From IMG/VR virus record IMGVR_UViG_3300031670_000381, positions 1 through 47,500 of that record: a stretch of 47,500 nucleotides of DNA, one strand, 5' to 3'. Under the pieces are notes generated by a model that saw only the letters and a program-made list of their open reading frames with translations, had not been told where the DNA came from and made no database searches. The DNA is from a virus. Taxonomy: Duplodnaviria > Caudoviricetes. The number at the start of each line of letters is the position of its first letter. The first letter of the stretch is position 1. Made by a program: the position numbers and the translations under genes. Of the stretch, positions 43,519-47,500 are shown piece by piece.

Positions 43519-43973
43519 TGAGCGCCAACTCAGTCACGCTCGCGGAGATTCAGTCGGCCGACTGGTCGCTGACGCTCGACTCGACGGCACTTTCCGGACA
43601 GCCGGTCCAAGCGACCGGCGCCGGGATCGGCAGAGTCGTCCAGGGTTATGGCGATGTCGAGCAATGCCTGGTGATTATCCTGACCACACCGAAAGGCTCG
43701 GACGTTCTGCGGCCGACATTCGGTTGTGACCTCTGGCGGTTCATCGATCGGCCGCTCAATCTCGCGATACCGCATATCGTTCGCGAGGTCACCGACGCAA
43801 TTACTCAGTGGGAACCACGCGCGAAATTGATTTCCATCTCGGTTGCCGCGGGAACCGGAAGCCAGGCTCTTTCCCAGCGTATCGTCACAATCAACTGGCA
43901 GCTTCAGCTCGCCGGCGCGGCCGCGCCCGTGCAGTCAATCAACATTCCGTTCGCAGTAGGAGCGGGTGCCTGA
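43518..43973 (+). CDS. baseplate wedge GpW/gp25 family
   Basis: ILTTPKGSD.LRPTFGC...AITQWEPR. Confidence 0.92.
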   Translation: MSANSVTLAEIQSADWSLTLDSTALSGQPVQATGAGIGRVVQGYGDVEQCLVIILTTPKGSDVLRPTFGCDLWRFIDRPLNLAIPHIVREVTDAITQWEPRAKLISISVAAGTGSQALSQRIVTINWQLQLAGAAAPVQSINIPFAVGAGA

Positions 43974-45145
43974 TGGGCGCGAGCATTCCATCGCTGCCGA
44001 CGCCGACGTTCGTCGCCGATGCGGACGGACTCGATCCGAACCTGATTCTGGCCGACATGATCACGGCGTTCGAGAACGCCGCCGGCCGCGTCCTCCAGCC
44101 CGCGCAAGTCGAACGCCTGCTGATCAATCTCTATGCCTATCGCGAGGCGCTGGTGCGCAATGCGATCCAGTACGCCGCGCAGCAGAACCTGCTCGCCTTC
44201 TCCGCGTTCCCGATGATCGATTACCTGGGCCAGCTCGTCGCCGTCACCCGGCTCGCCGCGCAGCCCGCGTTAACGACGATCGAGTTCACACTCGAAAGCG
44301 CGCTGACGGTTCCGTTCACGATCGCCGCGGGTACGCCGGTCGGCACGAGCGACGGACAGTTCATCTTCACCACGAACGCCGACCTGATTATTCCGGCCGG
44401 CGCGGCCTCCGGCTCGGTCAATGCCACGAGTCAGACCACTGGCAGCGGAGCCAACGGATATTTGGCAGGCCAGATCAACGTTCAACTGAGTCCAAACGCA
44501 CTGATTGCGTCGGCGGCAAACACTACCACTTCCGGCGGCGGCTCAAGTCCGGAGACTGACGACCATCTGCGCACGCGAATCCAGGCCGCACCGAATCAGT
44601 TCAGCGTCGCAGGTCCTGCGGGCGCATACCGGTTCTTCGCGCTCGGCGTCGATCCTTCTATCGTCGACGTGCTCGTAGTCTCGCCGCAGCCGGGCACGGT
44701 GCAGGTGTACGTCCTGACCGGCCCCGTCACGGTACAGCCGGCGGCGGCGCCGAACCCGGTGGGAATTGCAAATAGCGCACTACTGGAGAAAGTTGCGGCC
44801 GCTCTCAGCGCGGATGAGGTTCGGCCGCTGACCGATACAGTGCAGACGTCTGCAGTTACCGAAGTCGATTACGTCATCACCGCGACGGTGAATTTGTATT
44901 CGGACGCCGACCCGGCTTCGACTCAGGCGGCGGTAAACGAAGCGGCGGCGCAGTTCGCGATCAACCAGGCCCTGCGTGTCCAGCGCAATATCGTGCTCTC
45001 GCAGCTCGAGGCGGCGCTCAGCGTTCCCGGAGTCTACGAGGTGCTGTTGACCGCACCGGCGGCGGACCTGGTTCTCACGACCGGCCAATGGGCCAATTGC
45101 ACCGCGATTAACATCACGTTCGGAACGTCGGCGGAGCATAGCTGA
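43973..45145 (+). CDS. baseplate J/gp47 family protein
   Basis: L.PAQVERLLI...AYRE...QNLLAF...ETDDHLR.RI...FSVAGP.GAY...RPLTD.V. Confidence 0.93.
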   Translation: MGASIPSLPTPTFVADADGLDPNLILADMITAFENAAGRVLQPAQVERLLINLYAYREALVRNAIQYAAQQNLLAFSAFPMIDYLGQLVAVTRLAAQPALTTIEFTLESALTVPFTIAAGTPVGTSDGQFIFTTNADLIIPAGAASGSVNATSQTTGSGANGYLAGQINVQLSPNALIASAANTTTSGGGSSPETDDHLRTRIQAAPNQFSVAGPAGAYRFFALGVDPSIVDVLVVSPQPGTVQVYVLTGPVTVQPAAAPNPVGIANSALLEKVAAALSADEVRPLTDTVQTSAVTEVDYVITATVNLYSDADPASTQAAVNEAAAQFAINQALRVQRNIVLSQLEAALSVPGVYEVLLTAPAADLVLTTGQWANCTAINITFGTSAEHS

Positions 45146-46002
45146 TGGCTGACCTTGTCGCACCGCCGTCGATAAACGATCTGCGCACGCAGTCGCTTCT
45201 TCCGCTTATCGAGCGCCTGGGCGAAATCGATCTGAGTCCGCTCCTCGTCTATCGGCTGAAGAGCTGCCCCGATTCCGCGATCAAATTCCTGGCGTGGCAG
45301 TTCGACGTCTTCGATCCGAGTTGGCAGCTCGCCGCGCCGGTGATCGAGGATATCGATTCTCTGACTGATATCGATTCTCTGACCGATATCGACACACTAG
45401 GATCGACCGACAGCCAGGATGGCGCGAGCGATTACGACGCTTTCCGCGAACTGATCGGCATGGCGGTTCCCCTGCACGCGAAACGCGGGACACCGTACGC
45501 GGTCAAGACCGCGCTCGCGGCGCTCGGATGGGCCGGCATCGTCCTGATGGAGGGGCAGATCAACTGGGGTGGCGTGATATGGCCGGCCGACCAGGGATGG
45601 GCAGTTTTCCGCGTGCTGGTCAATCTGGCGGATGGTCAGGGCGTTGCGCCGGGCCAAGTGGCGCAGGCGGTTGCCGCGATTAACTTCTTCAAGAACGAGC
45701 GCTCGTGGCTCGATTCGGTCTGGTTCGTGACGCCGCCAGTTCGCGACGCCGCGCCGGCGCCGAGCGACTCTTTCACCTTCAACGGCATCGCCGAATATGG
45801 CGTCGATAGCGCGCCGCCGCCGGCCGATGCGGCGCTCACAATCGCACTGACACTGCCCGCGTACCAGGAAAACATCGGCCCGATCGCGCCGCTCTACAAT
45901 GCGCACTATTACTACCACGGCCTAACCTATGGCGCCGCTGAGCCGGAGGTCGCGGACTCAATCCTCACGATCGGTGGAGTCATCCACGGAGAATCAGCAT
46001 GA
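45145..46002 (+). CDS. P2 gpI-like tail/baseplate protein
   Basis: LLVY....PDSA..FLAWQF...LH.KRGTPYAVK.AL...WAVFRV. Confidence 0.85.
   Translation: MADLVAPPSINDLRTQSLLPLIERLGEIDLSPLLVYRLKSCPDSAIKFLAWQFDVFDPSWQLAAPVIEDIDSLTDIDSLTDIDTLGSTDSQDGASDYDAFRELIGMAVPLHAKRGTPYAVKTALAALGWAGIVLMEGQINWGGVIWPADQGWAVFRVLVNLADGQGVAPGQVAQAVAAINFFKNERSWLDSVWFVTPPVRDAAPAPSDSFTFNGIAEYGVDSAPPPADAALTIALTLPAYQENIGPIAPLYNAHYYYHGLTYGAAEPEVADSILTIGGVIHGESA
45349..45399 (+). repeat. 18-nt in-frame tandem repeat (DIDSLT twice plus DIDTL)
   Basis: GATATCGATTCTCTGACT GATATCGATTCTCTGACC GATATCGACACACTA. Confidence 0.85.
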
Positions 46003-46463
46003 AGCGTCCAACTGGAATAGTCACTTACCGGCTCTTTCGGCACGGAGTCCTACTGCGCGCCGAGCGAGTCCCAAATCTGTTCGTCAATGCGGGACTGCCC
46101 GCGCTGGCTGCGCTGCTTGGCGGAGACACGGCAGGCGAGTTTGCAAGCGCAGTCGGCTTCGGCTCCGGAACCGCCGCGCCGCTGGTGACGGATACGGCGC
46201 TCACCGCGCCGGCGTACTACAAGACATTGGACGGCCATGCCGAGGACGGCAATGGCAGCGTCACCTTCAACTGGAGTCTGACGACGCTCGACACGGGCGC
46301 GGACGGCATCGGCATCGGAGAGCTTGGCCTGTTCGCTAATCACACCGGCGTCGGATTGCCCGGCTCGGCGGCGCCGACGCCGCTCATCGCGCATCGCACG
46401 ATCGCGGTGATCGCTTTTACGACCGGCATGAGCATCAGCGGCACTTGGACGCTGACCTTCTGA
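45999..46463 (+). CDS. baseplate/tail-fibre attachment protein
   Basis: NLFVNAG...VGFGSG....DTAL...I.ELGLF...WTLTF. Confidence 0.7.
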   Translation: MKRPTGIVTYRLFRHGVLLRAERVPNLFVNAGLPALAALLGGDTAGEFASAVGFGSGTAAPLVTDTALTAPAYYKTLDGHAEDGNGSVTFNWSLTTLDTGADGIGIGELGLFANHTGVGLPGSAAPTPLIAHRTIAVIAFTTGMSISGTWTLTF

Positions 46464-46474
46464 GGATTTGAACG

Positions 46475-47044
46475 ATGGCAAACCTGACTGATGCTCCCGA
46501 GTTTTCCGCAAATGAGATTTACGAGATCCAGCAGACCGACCGGCCCGAGGGTGCAGGCTCGGGCGCGAGCTTCGGCGGCATCGGCCTGAGTAACCAGCCG
46601 CATCAGCAACTCGCGAATCGCACCTCCTTTATAAAGGGGCGCCAGGACACCAACATCGCGAGTATCGGCGTCTTGCAGGCCTTCATGGCCAAGTTCGTTG
46701 GTTCGCTGCAAAGCAACGGCTATCTCGTAATTCCGATCACCGACATCAGCCGTGGAGCGGTCTCGGCGATTATCCAGTGGGGATATTACCCGCTTAGCGA
46801 TCAGAAGATTCCGAATGACCTGGAGTTCTCTCTCTCCTGGCCGATTCCCTTTCCGAACGCGATTCTCCTGCCGCCGCTCGCGACGAACCTTTATGCATCG
46901 ACCTCGGGATTCAACACCGTCGCAAGCGTCGTGGCCTACAGCAAGACAGGCGGAACATTCGTGCTCGACGTTCCGGGTGGTACTTCTCTCGGCCCGACCG
47001 GCGAACGATCGAACGGCTTTTCATGGCTCGCAATCGGATTCTGA
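46475..47044 (+). CDS. short tail-fibre protein with gp53-like C-terminus
   Basis: IYEIQQTD...GG.G.SNQP.QQLANRT; NGY...IIQWG...WPIPFPNA...WLAIGF. Confidence 0.8.
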   Translation: MANLTDAPEFSANEIYEIQQTDRPEGAGSGASFGGIGLSNQPHQQLANRTSFIKGRQDTNIASIGVLQAFMAKFVGSLQSNGYLVIPITDISRGAVSAIIQWGYYPLSDQKIPNDLEFSLSWPIPFPNAILLPPLATNLYASTSGFNTVASVVAYSKTGGTFVLDVPGGTSLGPTGERSNGFSWLAIGF

Positions 47045-47052
47045 GAAAGGCG

Positions 47053-47500
47053 ATGAGGAAAAACATTTCCGCACTGGCGCTGATGCTCACACTGCTTGGG
47101 CTGCTCGCGCTCGCGCCGGTCTCGCGCGCGCAGACGTGGGCCCCGATTCCCGACTATTCCGGCCCGGGGGCTGGCCAGCAGTTCCGCAACGACCTCAACG
47201 CGCATTTGAGTGGAACGAAGGTAATCGCGCCGTGGATTACGAGTATTTCCTTCGCGCAACTCGGCGTCGAACAGGATGGCCTGCTGAGATATTGCATCGA
47301 CTGCCACCAGACAATCCCCTGCGCCGCCGGCGGCACCGGCGCCTTCGCGCTCGGCACGCGAGGCGCGTGGGCCTGCACGTCGCCGGGCGTGACGGGCGTG
47401 ACCGGCACGGCGCCGATCGTATCGAGCGGCGGGTCAACCCCAACCATTTCGCTTGGCACGGTGCCGGTCGCCAATGGCGGCACGCAATGCGGTGCGCCGA
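47053..47500 (+). CDS. partial ORF running off the window: signal-peptide-bearing, tail-fibre-like protein
   Basis: my translation: MRKNISALALMLTLLGLLALAPVSRAQTW...YCIDCHQTIPCAAGGTGAFA...VTGTAPIVSSGG...VPVANGGT; no stop before 47500. Confidence 0.75.
   Translation, partial: MRKNISALALMLTLLGLLALAPVSRAQTWAPIPDYSGPGAGQQFRNDLNAHLSGTKVIAPWITSISFAQLGVEQDGLLRYCIDCHQTIPCAAGGTGAFALGTRGAWACTSPGVTGVTGTAPIVSSGGSTPTISLGTVPVANGGTQCGAP

Larger units (their letters stand above)
1..47500. mobile_element. Mu-like transposable prophage/phage with B3/BcepMu-type organisation (leftward early operon, Mu-type head, P2-type contractile tail); right end lies outside the window
   Basis: DDE transposase, AAA ATPase, ner, gam, gemA and Mor on the - strand; repressor, lysis, gp27/28/29/F/I/T/36/G/37 and P2-like tail genes on the + strand. 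Confidence 0.96.

Noticed and set aside
47291-47308. CIDCH as a c-type cytochrome heme-binding motif
   Set aside because: It matches CxxCH in an exported protein, but lies in a YCxDC...C..GG.GA.A...W.C pattern I associate with fibre-like modules; a single motif in a truncated ORF is not enough
45999-47500. Tail-fibre variation systems (invertase/shufflon or diversity-generating retroelement) and mom
   Set aside because: No recombinase, reverse transcriptase, template/variable repeat pair or mom gene within the window; they could lie beyond 47500
1-47500. tRNA, rRNA or known structured ncRNA genes; firm host assignment
   Set aside because: None recognised, and intergenic gaps are short. The REP type and the 10135-10557 family recall Acidobacteria/Binatota-like hosts from memory only, which cannot be verified here

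Overview
The whole window is one GC-rich transposable (Mu-like) prophage or phage genome. It runs from what appears to be its left end (window starts 5'-TGT, followed by GTTCCAAGTT repeats) to the tail-fibre region and is cut off at 47500. The layout is B3/BcepMu-like. A long leftward early operon (ner, MuA-type DDE transposase, MuB-type ATPase, gam, a large accessory block, gemA, Mor/C-type activator) diverges at about 17.5 kb from a rightward arm. That arm carries the repressor, accessory membrane genes, a GH108 lysis cassette, Mu-type packaging and head genes (gp27/28/29/F/I/T/36/G/37) and a P2-type contractile tail (sheath, tube, chaperone with -1 frameshift, tape measure, U, X, D, V, W, J, I). 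The most unusual items are: (1) a stand-alone 124-aa copy of the transposase catalytic core with an intact DD(35)E triad, directly upstream of the transposase; (2) a MuF head protein fused to an R-S-E ADP-ribosyltransferase, plus a second toxin-less MuF-domain paralogue preceded by a variant of the palindrome found ahead of the lysis and head operons; (3) an RRM RNA-binding protein between the tail-chaperone frameshift and the tape measure gene; (4) paired ParB and paired DnaA-domain-IV proteins; (5) three REP-doublet elements, one inside the HerA-like ATPase ORF without breaking it; (6) a beta-domain shared by Gp37 and the tail sheath. All family calls come from motif recognition by eye, not from database searches.
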